Assembly (NCBI RefSeq): GCF_036321535.1
Contig: NC_087449.1
Coordinates: 70,432,001-70,496,000 of the forward strand
Source of the DNA: Camelus dromedarius
Lineage: Eukaryota
Direction: 5' to 3'
Length of the DNA: 64,000 nucleotides
Both the position numbers and the translations under genes were made by a program. Under the pieces are notes generated by a model, which had not been told where the DNA came from, searched no databases, and saw only the letters and a program-made list of their open reading frames with translations. Below, in pieces: positions 49,511-62,290 of this stretch (position 1 is the stretch's first letter; every line of letters begins with the position of its first letter).

Positions 49511-51139
49511 CTGCGGGTGGTGCAGAGGGTCAGAGAAAGGAGACCGCCTTCTCCCCAGGGGAAGATGCCCAGATGAGGAGGGCAGGAGCCCTGAGGAGCC
49601 AGCCCAGCCTTGGCCACGCCCACCAGATGCGAAGGCTGCGCAAAACTGTGCTGGTGCTGGAGGAAGGACACCAGCACAGCCAGCACCCCCTCACCCTCCT
49701 CCAGGCACCATCAGGAGCTTCCCTGCCTGCCTCAGCTCCAAACCCAGACCAGTGGGGACCGTTAGCATCCACCTCCCACCCAGTCCAGTGGCCTGGACAA
49801 GGGCCCCTCAAAGGTGGCAAGATCCAAAGTGATGTCTGAGAACAGAGGACCAGCCCCCCGCCCAGCCAGCACAGGGTCTGGGGTCAGCTCAGCTCTGGAT
49901 GGTGAAGGTAAAGGGACCCAGCATACAGCCAGGACTGGAGAGTGCCCTGCAGGACATCAGAGATGTGACAACCCAAGGAGCTGCACGCCTCCAGTCCCCA
50001 GGAGAGTGTGGAGGGGAACTGCACAGTGGGCCCCCCAAACCTGTTACCACTTCTGAGATTGGATGCCAAGCAGCTCATGGCCATCTGGGTGACTGAGCAG
50101 GCGGGTATGGCTGAGAAACGTCCGGGCAGGGCGAGGACCCCCAGGACTGGTGCTGCTTTCTGTGATGCTGTGTGTACAGCTGCCAGCCTGACACTCACTT
50201 TGCTCATCCCCACACTCAGGCCCCGCCCCCAATCCCAGCAGCCCCCACCTGGCTGAGGCAGCCTCTTGCCCTTTCTCCTGTTTTCTGCTCCAGGATCAGC
50301 CACAGTTGTTGACCCAGGGGCCACCAGGGGCTGGGTGTCCTGGGGTAAATCTTTGGAAGGACCCTCCACCCCCTTCCAACCCACAGTCCCTCCCCTTCCA
50401 GTTTCAGGTGGATGATTAATCCAGAGAGAGAGAGACAGGGAAGAACCCTGGGGTTACTTGGTACTTTTCAGGTGCTACAGCAAACCTAGCCAGTGACCAG
50501 GCCCTTCATCTCCAGCCCCAAACTCCTGCGGGGTTTGGCTGGGTCAGGGTGGAGCTACTAGCCCCTGCAGGAGGCCCTCCCCGGTCTGGTCTGGCCTCCT
50601 TTCCAGCAGTCACTACACCCCTTACAGTGCAATCCACTCAGACCTCTCGGTGATGGTCCTCACAGGGTGGGGGGCAGGGAGTGGGGCCCCAGCTCTTGGC
50701 CCTTCCTGAGCTGGCTCTCCTCCTCCAGCACACATACAGGAGTGAAAGCTCCATCTACAGATTCCTCAGGCTTGGAACCTCCTTCCTCTTCCTCTCCTCT
50801 TAGGCACATCCCACCAGATGCAGCCCCTCAGCCCTTGGGCTCACACCAAGTCCCTCACTCATAGGACCTCCAGCAGACAGCCCCACCTGGAGGTGTATAC
50901 TCAGACAAACCTGCCCCTCTGTCCCACCACAACCGAGGTAGGGGGCAACTGGGGTGAACAGTTGAGCATGTCCCTGGAGAAGCCATGTGTGTCACCTGGT
51001 CCCTGAACCTCCAGGGAGCACACTGCCCCTGCAGCCCTGGCCTCTGCTCCAGACATGCACATTCCTCCTGAAGTCTGACTCAGCTCTCTTCCCAAGCTCC
51101 CAACTAGGGTTCCCCCAGGCCCTGCCTCCTCCCACCTAC

Positions 51140-51697
51140 CAAGAACGGAGCCCCTCAGCTCCTGGGTGATCATGTGCAGGTCGTCCACATCCACAAAGTG
51201 CAGGTGCTTCTCCGCGGGGGGTGAGGCTGCGGCCGACAACTCCAGGAGGTTGCCGCGGCCAGTGCTGACAATGAAGACAGTGACGCCCAGGTCCTTCAGC
51301 TCCTGCATAGGGGGCCCCACGGGGTCGCTGGAGCCGCCGTCTGTCACCCACACCAGCACCTTGGGCACTCCCGGCCGGGCCCCCGCCTCCTCGGCAAACA
51401 GCTGCTCCTTGGCGTATGCCAGCGCCAGGCCAGTGTTGGTGTCACCCATGCGTTGGGCTGCAGCACGAATAGCATCCTGGACAGTCGAGCCTGAGCTGTG
51501 CTGGCCGAAGGGGAACTCGGTGTGTGGCTGGCTGCCCACGTGCACCAGGCTGGCATGCAGGGCCCCAGGGCCCAGGGGCAACAGGGCCGCCAGCTGCCCC
51601 AAAAACTCCCGAACTCGGGAAAACTCATAATGAGACACGCTGGCCGAGCTGTCCAACAGAAACAGCAGGTCCCCCTGGGGGACAGATGCCGGGAGGC
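51140..51697 (-). CDS. VWA1: VWA1 exon 2 (VWA domain)
   Basis: LPASVPQGDLLFLLDSSASVSHYEFSRVREF...VLVWVTDGGSSDPVGPP...QELRGSVL; phase 1-1, 558 nt. Confidence 0.97.
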
Positions 51698-52599
51698 CTG
51701 GGGGAGAGGGGAGGGTTCAGCCCCAGGTGGTGGCCCCCTAACAGCCCCACACCCAGGGCAGAACCCCCAGCACCTGAGATTTCCCTAAGCCAGCACTTGC
51801 CCTTACACAAGGAATCCCTGAGCGCCTTCTCAGTCACACACCCAAAGGTCCTGGGGTAGCACCCCAGCGGGGAGAGGGGTTCTAAGCCAGCAGGAGGTCC
51901 ACAGTTTCAGCGGTTCCAGCTCTGTACCCTGGCCACAGACCTGGGCACTTCCGGGCTCATGTCACTTCTCCTGCAAAGGAGAGCTGACCCCTCCAAGCCC
52001 CCACACTTCTGCAGACTCTGAGTGCAGGCTGGAGCCCAGGGTCCTGGCCCAGCCCTCAGGAGTGGTGGGTGGATGGGTCTGGGCCACCAGGGCTGCTCCC
52101 TCAGGCTTGGCTTCCAGAGAAGCAGCCTCCAGGCTGGAGTGCAGCCTCCAGGTAAGGCCACCCATGAGGAGTCAGGCTGGAGGGGCACAAAGCAGCTGAG
52201 GAGACTGGGTACAGAGCTGGAGGGATTGGGAAGACACAGCATTGATTGCAACCCCTCCCACAGACCAGATGGCCGGGTTGGAGTCGTGACCCCACTCACA
52301 GATGATGTCACCCCTCCCTTGGCCCCCATCCTCTGCTCTATCTGGACCCAGAAAGCAGGTTACCTGCTGCAGCAGCCTCAGGGCCTGATCGGCCCCTCCC
52401 AGGCCTCTCTCTCCCTTCCTGTCGGCATCTTGGGGGCGGGGCGGGGCAGATGGGTCCCTCCACCAACGTGCCTCGAACAGACAGTGGTCTGGGCTTTGGA
52501 GCTTCGGGGCCTCAGTTTCCCCCAACCCAATAGGCCGCCGCCAATCTTCTTACCATCCCTCTACCACTCCATGCAGAGGGAAACTGAGGTAGGGACAGC

Positions 52600-53250
52600 C
52601 TCCCCGGCACACACCTCCCCCTCCCGGTCCAAGCCCCCAAATCCCGCGGAGATGCCGGCGGGGTCCGCGCGCCGCAAGTGGGTGGGGTGCCCTGACAGCC
52701 ACCCCGGCCCCGGAGCTGCGACAGGAGAGCGTGGCTCCGTGCGGAGGGTGGTGGGGCGCAAGAGCCGAGCCCGACCGGGCCCCCGCCGCACTCACCACGC
52801 TCCGCGCCGCTCCGCGGCAGCCGCAGGCTCAGGGCCAGGCCGAGAACCGTCCAGGGCAGCATCGTGCGCGACGGGACGGGCGCGCTCTGCCTCGGCTCGC
52901 CGCTGGCTCGCTCCTGGGCGGCGGGGCGCGCGGCCGCGCGGGCGGGCCCTGGGCCCCGCCCCCGGGAGGCCCCGCCCACCGAGGCCCCGCCCCGGCGCGC
53001 GCGCTGCCCCGCCGGCCGAGGAGCCCAGGCTCCGGGGAGGCGCGCGCACACGCAGGGCCCAGATGCGCAGCGACGTGCAGAGCTCCCTGGGCTGCCGCCG
53101 AGGCACACACTCGTGACATGCACGCCCGCAGATACACAGTCTCCCCTTCTGGCTGTAAGGTCATGGGTCCTCCCTCCCCGCTGCCCACAGCGAGGAGCCG
53201 ATCAGGGAGCCGCCTGAGCTGCGTCTTCCCCAGACACACTGCCCTCACCT
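52600..53250 (-). promoter_or_regulatory. VWA1: VWA1 CpG-island promoter with three closely spaced GC boxes (ggccccgccc at 52952, 52968, 52983)
   Basis: CpG-dense; Sp/KLF-type boxes spaced 15-16 bp apart, 90-130 nt upstream of the ATG. Confidence 0.75.
52796..52862 (-). CDS. VWA1: VWA1 exon 1 (signal peptide)
   Basis: MLPWTVLGLALSLRLPRSGAER(G); donor GTGAGT. Confidence 0.95.
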
Positions 53251-56200
53251 CCGCGGTGCTGGAAGTGCCTGAAGCCAGGCCCAAAAGAGCCCCATAGGGG
53301 TATGAGAGTTTGTGGGTGACACCAAAAACAGCGTACCCCCAGCACGGCCCAGGCCTTGGCCACGGGGCTGGGGGAGGAGCAGGTGTCTGGGGCTGGGACA
53401 TGTGTCTCCAAGGAATGGTCTACAGAGATCAGAAGGGCTGAACTTAGAAGGGATGCAGCGCGTTGGAAGGGGAAAGAAGCCTGCGACATTCGAGGGGAAT
53501 CTCCTTGCGGGACACAAAGCCTCCACCCCACCTGGCTTCTCAGAGGAAGGGGAATAAGGGCTGAGGATGGTTGGTTCAGGCCCTGTCCAGTGTGACCATG
53601 CTGGGCCTGTAGCTGTCCCCACATCCTGCCCAATGAGGGGCCCAGACTCCAAGACTGAGGACAGACCCCCAGCAGCCCACTGGAGCAGCCCTCTGGAGGG
53701 ACTGCCTGGTGGGCCAGGTGGCTTGCATCCTGGGATCTTTGCTAGACCAGACCAGAGGTGGCTGGCTGCCAGGGACACCCTGAGGGACACTCAGCCCCCA
53801 GGGCAGATTCTTTGCTCTTAGGTGAGGCAGTTCAGCATCCCTGGGCAGGAATTGAGGTCCAGGAGAGCCTCACCCCCCTCACTCCTAAGATTCCTTGTGG
53901 TGGGGTAACCACTGCCCTCTCCCAACCACTCCTTTCTGCTTAGCTGGGGAGGGGCACAGGTCCTGCAGGGCGAGGCAGCAGGGCCATCTCTGCCAGGATG
54001 TCCCCTCCCTTTCCCCCTCCCCAGGAGGACGGATGGGACTCAATGGTTTTCCTTCCTCCCTTTCTGGCAGGTGAGACGCCGGGCTTTGAGACAGGCTGAC
54101 TTTGCCTAAAAAAGGAAGCGGCTCAGCTGAGCCTGAGGAGCTGGGGCAGGAACAAGCGAGAACTGTGTCCCCGCCGCCCCCACCCCCTTGCCGGGAATCT
54201 TGGCAGTGGCAGTGCTGGCTCAGCTCCACAGACCTCAGGCCTTGGCTGGGACCAGAAGCTGCCTGGTGCTTCCGCCTGGTCGCTGAGGGGGCAGCAATGG
54301 GCTTGAACCCCCAAAGTTCAGGGTTTACTTCCCTAGGGACCTTGCTCGCCTGGCCCTCAGCCCTCCAGCACACACGGCTGACCAGGGCTGCTGCGGGGAG
54401 GGACTGTGAGCTGAGCAGAGGCCATGATGCTGCAGCACCAGCAGCAGCTAGAGACCTGGGGGCCCGGCGGGGAGACCACCCAGGTAGATACGTGCCAGCA
54501 CGTCTTGGCTCATCCTCCATCTCGCTGGGCACCCACCTGCCCCAGGCAGGGAGCCAGGCCATGCTGAGTCTGCCCTGTGGCATCCCCAGTCCTGCCCAGA
54601 GGGTGAGCCCACAGTCACACCTCAGCTTTGCTGCGGGGTTGACGGGGACGTTTCCGTCCCTTCTGGAAAAATTGAGCTGCTCTTCTTGGCCATGACGCAA
54701 GCCCTCGAGGAAGCAGCCATCCTCCTCCCTCCAGCCTCTCCATCCGAGGGAGAAAGGATGGGAGGCCCAGCCTTGGCTGACAGTTCCTCCTCACCTCTGC
54801 CCAGGGTCACTCCCAGCACTCACACTGAACTCTGGCCTGACCCCTGGGAGACTACCCCAGCCCCATCCACTCAGCACTGCTCTCCCAGTCCCCCACACTA
54901 CTCCTACCTCCAGGATCAGCCCCTGAGGGAGACATGGGCCGATGGAGGGTCCCCAGGGAAGATAGGGGTCAGCGAGGGATGGAGTGGTCAGGGCTAGGGC
55001 TGGGCTTGAGGCAGACGCCAGAGGAAGTACAAATATAATGGCCCGGAATCCTCCTCTCTGAAGGAAGACAGGCCTGGGGGCGGCAGGGAGCAGAGAAGGA
55101 CTGGGCAGCCAGGGCACAGCGTGCTCTGGCCCCAGCCCTCCACCTCCCTTGGGCCCAGAGTCTGCCTGGGCCTGGTGTCTGTGGGACCAGAAGGAAGGAG
55201 CAGCCTGTGTGCCAGAGGGAGTCCCTAAGCATCACTTCCTGGAGCTGGCCCACGCTGTCTGTTGGTCTGCAGGCAGGTGGACAGGGTTCCATGAAACCCA
55301 GGGAGATGGCTCTCCAAGGCACTGCCCCTGACCACCGCTGGTCTGCGGGAACGCGCCCTCCTCCGCTCCACCCAGGCCTCTGCAGAGAAGAAGGGCCTTT
55401 TGTCCCCAGCTTGCTGTGGCCATGTTGACCCCAGGGAAAAGGCCAGCTCCCCAGGCCTCCGACCCCACCCGCGACCCCGGCTGAGGTCACTCTGCTAGGC
55501 CTGAGGGGGCAGAGCAGCCTGGCCCCTCCCTACCCCCTGGGGGTGCCTGTACTGTGGTTCTTGTCAATTGTATCTCCCCCACCACCCATATACATGCCAG
55601 GGGACACAGAGGCTGGAAGTCGGAGGTGTGGGCGAGCCCAAGGACCCTGACCCCACCCCACAACAGTAAGTGGGGCAGAAGGAAGGGGTGGCCAAGAGCA
55701 GCAGGGCCCAGAGGCCCCTGCCACCACCCACCCAGCTGCCCTACCCACGCATTCTTCTAGACTCGACCTGCCCGTTTGTGGTCAGGGACATGCCAGGGCC
55801 AGAGGGCCAGTCCTAGGAGTCTGGAGGGCCCATTGTCCCATCCTCTTTGGCCCCAGAGCTGATCCCCACCCAGTCCTTCTGCTGGCAACAGCCAGGGTGG
55901 CAGGAAAGATGGCCGATGGGGTGGGTGGCCTGGGCACGGTGGGGGAGGGTGCCACCCCGTCTGCATTCAGCCGTCATCTCCATGCTGGTCCAGCCACATG
56001 ACAGATTCTGCACTGGGGACATGCGGAGCTGGAAGGGGGAAGGGCAGTGGTGAGTTTGCAGAGAGGACTGGCTATTTATTTTCCCCCAGGGGGGTGGGGC
56101 ATGCCAGACCAGGTGGGCAGAAGCTACAGGAAGTCCCAGGGTCCTTGGGTGGGGGCCTGCCAGTGTGTGAGGGCTGTAAAGAAGCCTGGGAGGCAGAAAG

Positions 56201-57729
56201 GGCAGGGGCAGGCTTCACAGAGGAGGCAAGGGCTCCTGGCCTGCGCAGGGGCAGGGTGGGGCAGGAGCCAGGCCTTGAAGAAGATATGGGGCCATCCGCA
56301 TCAGAGGCAGAGCCCAATGGGCAGGGCTGGGAGGCAGAAAGGAAGGCAGAAGTTCAGATGCTCCTGGGTTTTCAACCCATGCAGGGAACTGAACGGTGAT
56401 GCCCTTCCTGAGGTAAGACCCCTCCCTAGTCTTGGCTCCCTGTGCTGGAACCTTCTGTAACAGGGAGATGACCACCACGCCCTGCCCCAGCCCCAGGCAG
56501 GGTCCAGGCAGGCTTGCACAGGAAAGAGAAAGAAGGGAGCGACAGTCCGTGTCAGCATCTTGTAGGGGGCTCCCCGGAGGTAGGGGGCAGGCCAAGGAGC
56601 AGGGCGAGGGGCCTCAGCTCTCAGGGCCAGCACCAGGCTCTGCCTGTTCCTCCCCAGTGCACCCACCACAGCTGTTTCTGCCCAGCACCCCTGGCCTGGC
56701 TCCCATGCCTGGGTGGGGGCAGGGCTCAAGCCTGGGTGGGGGCAGGGCTCACACCTGGGACACCGGATGTGGGGACAGAACTCTCTGGGCCCCTCCTAGC
56801 TGTGCAACACTGAAGGTGTGTCTGCAGACACCTGAGCTGCCAGGAAATATTTTGTGAATGAATAAATGGCCTTGGGCAGATCCAGGAACCTGGCAGAGCC
56901 CGGACTCCACACCTGTGGGGTCTGGACAGCGCCCCACCAGGGGTGTGAGGACCAGTGACAGAGGGAATGCACGCGCTCACACATAGGAGCATGTAACTCC
57001 CCGCCACATGCATGCGCACACATGTGCACCGCAGAGGCCCCCCCACAGCCAGGAACTCTTTACAGGGCCAGGGCCTGGGCACCTGGGGGAAGAGACTTTG
57101 TTGCCCAAAGTGGAGGTTTCCGCCACCCAGTAGCTTGGGGCCTCCGCCCTCGACTTTCCCAACTTCCCTGACAGCTGGTCTCCTAAAAGCAGACCCTGAG
57201 GCTCTTCTGTAAACTTTCCACAGCCCCCATGGGTGTTCGTTTTGTGAGTGGGTGGGTCAGAGCTGGGGGTGAGGCAGGTTGTCCTGGGGGCCAGCTGGAG
57301 GCCATGTAGGGCTTGGCAGGCCTGAGAAGCTGGGACACACGGTGGCCTCCCCACCCCCCACCCCCAGCCCAGCTGTTGTTTTGATGACTCCGGGGCCAGG
57401 CAGATCCTCAGGAGAGTCCTCGTCCTCAATGCCTGGCCAGAGCCCGTCCAACCCTAGGCAGGAGGGGAAGGAAGGCGGCCTCGGACTAGGGGAAGCTCTC
57501 CCTGGGCGCCAGGCAGCCAGCCAGGCTCCTGACCGACTGGGCACAGACAACTGGAAAGCCCCGAGGACTCTTGCTGGACCTGAGCCAGCCCCGAGCTAGG
57601 CGCTGCCCAAGCCACGAGGGAGCCCTGAGCCCTGACCTTTGGGCGTGTCTGGGCCCTGACCTATGGCTCACAGGTGGAACCTGGCTGGCAGTGCGGTGTA
57701 CTAGGTCCTTTACAAGGCCTTTCAGCTGT

Positions 57730-58800
57730 TCCTAGATTTGGGACAAATTACAACAAACACATGTTTGATGCACTGTTGGGCTTAAAAGGAAGTAAATATA
57801 TCCAAGGCTCCCCAAAATGAAACACCAAAAATAAGTGCATAAATAAACAAATGGAATAGTGAACAGAAACCCGGGATGATGAAGGAAAACAAGTGGGAAA
57901 GCAGAGACTTCCCTGAACACAGCACGGAGAGCCACACTGCATCGGGACAAGTGTGGACCTCCTGCCCTGCGGGCTACAGACCAGGACCCGAACAGGGGCC
58001 CAGGACGGTCACGCCTCACAAGGACACCCTCTCTGGAGGGACCAGGTCTCAGAACGTTCACAGGTGTGGGCTGACACTTAACAATTGCAAACATTCAGAG
58101 AAACAACGTGCTATGACTGAGAGGCAGCAGAAATGACAAACAACAGAGTTAGAGCCCCAAAGAAAGGGATTGGAATTGTTAGGTACACACTATAAAATAA
58201 CCATGTGTGAAATGTTCCAGAAGTCAAAGCTGGAACCCAAAACTGAGCACGCACCAAGAGACCGCCAAAATGAGCAGACGGGAATAAGAAGCGGTTGTAA
58301 CCTTCAGGTATGACGATATGATAATTTAAAGTTAGAGGATGCATTAATCAGCAGATTCGATACAGCCAGTGATTAATGACCTGGAAGAGGGACCTGAGGA
58401 AATTGCCAGAACGCAGCAGAGAGACAAGGAGACAGAAAACACAAAAGAGAGATGAACTGACATGAGAGGTAAAAGGAGAACGTGCAGCACTCGTGTACCA
58501 GGTGCTCCCTAAGAAAGAACAGGGAGAATAAACGAGAGGCAGGACTGAAGCAATAATGGTTGGGAGGTCTACAGAACTGATGAAAATGTGAATCTATAAA
58601 ACTGGGAAACGCAGTGGACACCAAATGGATACAGAACAGAGCCACAACCAGAAGCATGCTTAAAAGAACAGAACGCAAAAAAGATGGAAAAGACCTTAAA
58701 ATTCTCCAGAAAGAACAGACTGGGCCCTTACTGTAAATGCTAATTCCGTTCTCAGGCTGAGCCCTGCACGCCTGGTTCTCTGGCCGCCGATGGAATTTTG
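57730..58800 (+). mobile_element. Decayed old L1M fragment (5' region / ORF1-like)
   Basis: A-rich, purine-skewed island with gaagcaataatggttgggaggtctacagaactgatgaaaatg and gaaaagaccttaaaattctccaga, resembling L1M ORF1. Confidence 0.6.
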
Positions 58801-59276
58801 GAAACATACAGCGTGGAGTCTCCCAAGCAAATCTCACCACCTCTGGAACTCGCTGGAGGCCTGCTGACTGACCAGACAGGGGACTTTCAGAGGCTGCCCT
58901 CGGGGAGGGCACAGGAGCCCAGGGCAGCCACAGTGGCAGAAACCGGGAAGGCCGCCTTTCCCAGAGCCTGGCCGTGCGCCCTTCTCTGAAAACCATCTCC
59001 CTCCTCCCTTGGGGGTCCCAGTCTCCGCAGCTACGGAAACAGCAGGAGCGGAGAGAGGCTGGGGAAGAGCCGACCCGGTCCGGGGGAGGCCGGTGCCACC
59101 TCGCGGCCACTCGGAGCACTGCTCACGGAGCTGCGTGGGGCCCTGCGATTTCCCACGTTGGGACCTGGACGCAGACCCTGAGTCGCCAGCCTGGAGCCAC
59201 CTTATGGGGGACACGGGGGGAGTTCAGGGGCCTCTGGGATTTGAGGTCTTGGGGTCCTTTGGAGATGTTTCTGGGG

Positions 59277-59537
59277 TCACACCCAGGCGCAGAGCTGCTC
59301 CTCCCCGTCAGGGTGGTGTCGCTCGCGCCCATCGTCGCTGGACACCAGGTGGCGGCGGGGTCCAGGACTGCAAGTCGGGGGCGGCAGCAGCGAGCGGAGG
59401 CGTCGGGCCAGGCGGGCGCGGGCGGCCGAGGCGAGCACCAGAAGCGGAGGAAGCGAGAGGAAGCCCGACACGATGAGCGCCGCAGAGCCGCGATCCGAGA
59501 GCAGCGCGCGGCACGCGGGGCGAGGCTCGGGGTGGAC
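59277..59537 (-). CDS. TMEM88B: TMEM88B exon 2
   Basis: VHPEPRPACRALLSDRGSAALIVSGFLSLPPLLVLASAARARLARRL...PDGEEQLCAWV*. Confidence 0.95.
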   Translation of the reverse strand, partial: VHPEPRPACRALLSDRGSAALIVSGFLSLPPLLVLASAARARLARRLRSLLPPPTCSPGPRRHLVSSDDGRERHHPDGEEQLCAWV

Positions 59538-59686
59538 CTGAGGGTGGGGCGGGCGGTCAGGCGTGGCTGTGGGGCCTCAGTTCCGGGACCGGGCCTGGCG
59601 GGACTGGGGCGGGGCAGATAGACTGGGGTGGGGCCTGGAGGCCGTGCCTGGGAGCAGGTGGACTGGTGGAGCGTTAAGCCCCGATT

Positions 59687-59700
59687 CCAGCGGGGGCGCT
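59687..59700 (+). promoter_or_regulatory. CTCF-like motif CCAGCGGGGGCGCT in the TMEM88B intron / CpG-rich region
   Basis: Close match to the CTCF core consensus; binding not shown. Confidence 0.4.
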
Positions 59701-60508
59701 GGGGTGGGGGGCAGGTGGACGAGGGAGGGTCCGGGGGAGAGCGCGGGGCCTGAGTTCTGGCGGAGTCCGGTGGCTGGGACTCGCGGTGGGCCAGGCATTT
59801 CTGAGCAGAAGATGGGAGGCGAGGGACCCAGGGGTAAATGGCCCAGTAGGAGTCCCTTGAGGGGAGCCTCAGAGGATAGCTCTCCGGTTCCCGACCTCCG
59901 CCTTCCTCCCCTCTCTGTCTCCCACGGGTCTCTCCTATGTTGGCATCTGACCTTGAGGCCCTCCGGTAGGTGCCACCAGCAGGGGACACCTTTTCTTCTG
60001 TGGCCCTGGTTTCAGCCCCACTTTCCTGACATGCCTAAAAAAAGAGGGACACAGGGTCCCCCTCTGCCTGGACTCTCCTGACTCCAGACCAAGCTGCAGC
60101 CCCTTCCATAAGTGGGGACACCCATCCCAGGGTAACGGGTAATAGAAGATAAGGAGGGGCTGTGGACTGGTTAAATTTGGTGATATTTTAATATCCTCTT
60201 CCTGGAATCCTCCTCCTCTTCCCACTCTGCACAGCTGTCCAGGCCCTGGTGGCCCCTGGTACAGAGCTGGGAGGCCTCGGGGGAGGGGAGAGAGCTGTCC
60301 CCTTGGGTGACAAACAAAAGCCCTTCTTTTGCTACAGCTGGTGGGGTGGGGGGTACTTGACAGAAGAGGCTCTTCAGGGAGGGGCACGTGTGCCTCTGGG
60401 GACAGATTCACCTTCAGCCCCAAGACCCCAGACTTCCACAGGAACCCCCACTCCCCAAAGACTCCAGCCAGTCCCCCCACCTCCACGCCCACAGAGGGCT
60501 CAGCTCAC

Positions 60509-60784
60509 CCTCGAGTGGCACAGGAATCCCAGGAAGACGATGGCTGCTGCTGGCAGCAGCACCAGCAGGAACACGGCTGCGGGCAGCAGCAGATGGAGCA
60601 GGAGCCCCGCCAGGGCCCGGCCAGGCAGCAACAGGATCCCGAGGCCTTGGGCAGCCAGGCCTCCCCACCTTGGGGACCTCAGGGCCGCGGCCTGGCAGTC
60701 AGGAGGCCTTCGGGGCAGCATGAGTGCTGTGTCTGAAGTGCCCTCTCCCTCATCCTCCTCCATCTCCCTCTCCTGCCCACTCAT
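60509..60784 (-). CDS. TMEM88B: TMEM88B exon 1
   Basis: MSGQEREMEEDEGEGTSDTALMLP...LAGLLLHLLLPAAVFLLVLLPAAAIVFLGFLCHSR; donor GTGAGC. Confidence 0.95.
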
Positions 60785-62129
60785 GTTCTCCTGGGCAGTG
60801 GACCTGGTGGGCCCACAGCGGTGGTCACGTTGCAGGAATGAGCCCCTCCCCCTGTGTCAGATTAGCAGAATTTTAACCATAGGTCCCCAGGTCACATCTC
60901 TACCCAGAACCCAGCATCCGGATAGAGGACCCAGCTGGAGGGCAGGACCCTGGCCCAGGGGTCCATCCCTGACCATCAGTCTCCAAGGCCACACCTGAGC
61001 CTCCGGTTCCTCCACTGCCAGGCTGACCCCGTCTCTGCCAGGTTACTGCAGCTCTGGCCCTGGCCAGTCTCCCCAGCCAGCTCCTGCATGCTCTGGTCAG
61101 AGCTTGCACAGCTGTCCCTACAGCTCAGCACTGGGGCCCTCCTCCCTCCTGGTCCCCTCCTCCTGCCTGGTCCCGCCCTCTGCCCACTTCCAGCTCCTGC
61201 ACACAACGACTCATTTCACTAGTCGTAACTCTAGCAACTGCCCCATCAGTAGCTGCCACGTAGAGGTCAACCCCATCTCCCAGCCCTGCCCCTGCTGGTC
61301 CCTCATCCCCAAACCTGGCCCCTCACAGCCTCAGATAAGCTGCCCCGGAAAATGCTGGGTGCCCCCACCGTACCTGTCGAGAGGGCCCGTGGGCAATGGA
61401 TAGGAAATGCTTGGTGTGGGACTCAACACACAGTAGGTGCCAATAACAGCTTCATCCTACCAGCCAGAATCCAAAGCTTCATCCTACCAGCCACCAAACT
61501 TGGTGCCAGAATCCCATCCATCCTGAAAAAAGTGGGAGCACATAATTCTGTTACTTCAAGTAAAGGAGGTATCAGCATTCCTAGCCCATCCGAAAACTCC
61601 AAATAATTTCTTCCAATGTGACTAAAATACTCTTAGCACCTAACGGTCTCCCAGGGTTTTCGGGCATAACATACAGTATTTTAAACACCACTTACATAAC
61701 CGGTTGACAAACTACGCAAGAGGTTGTCTGTGAGCTGAGTGGAGGTGGCTGGACAGCACCACATGCGAACGTTTCCCCTCCCTTAGCCCTTCCAACTCTG
61801 CTTCTAACATCTTCCAGGCCCTTCGAGCTCACCTCGGCTCTCTGCGGGCACCCCGTGTCCACAAAGGTCATCTGCACAAGCGGCCGTGCCCAGGCTGTGA
61901 CAGGTGTGGCTGCAGCAGGGAAGCAGCTCCTAAGCACAGGGTGCCCCCCTCCCACCCCCGTCCTTGTCATCTTGTCACCCAGGCTTGCTCCTTTCAGCAT
62001 CCTCCTGCGTCACCCTGTGGGACAGGGTGTGGGGCTGACACTCTTGGTCCCCTTATTTTGGCCGGTGGCTCAGGTAGTAAATTGTCCGAACCCACCCAGA
62101 GCACCTTGCTTCTTTACGGGCTGAATCCG

Positions 62130-62290
62130 CCAGCCTGTGTGACATGCCTGATTAACGTCAGGTAGACAGGTATTTTTGTGCAGTGACAAGTGTTAGGAAG
62201 AAAATGCAACAGAGGATGAGGCTGCTTCAGATCAGTGGTCAGGCTCGAGGGCCCCTCTGCGGAGGGGATGTCTGAGCTGAGTGACTGAGG
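62130..62290 (+). mobile_element. L2 LINE remnant
   Basis: gacaagtgttaggaagaaaatgcaacagagg...tcagatcagtggtcagg...ctctgcggaggggatgtctgagctgag resembles the L2 3' region. Confidence 0.6.

Larger units (their letters stand above)
48560..49520. promoter_or_regulatory. CpG island over VWA1 exons 3-4
   Basis: High CpG density. Confidence 0.65.
48790..52862 (-). other. VWA1: VWA1 (WARP) gene span, 4 coding exons, 1242-nt CDS, 413 aa: signal peptide, VWA domain and two FN3 domains
   Basis: Exons of 67, 558, 279 and 338 nt splice in frame; MIDAS motifs DSSAS and TDG are present. Confidence 0.97.
59277..60784 (-). other. TMEM88B: TMEM88B gene span, 2 coding exons, 178 aa
   Basis: Two exons join at LCHSR|VHP; two hydrophobic segments; C-terminal AWV as in the TMEM88 family. 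Confidence 0.95.

Noticed and set aside
53885-54700. Overlapping 271-aa and 197-aa ORFs between VWA1 and TMEM88B
   Set aside because: No recognisable homology; a lncRNA in this interval cannot be supported from the sequence alone.
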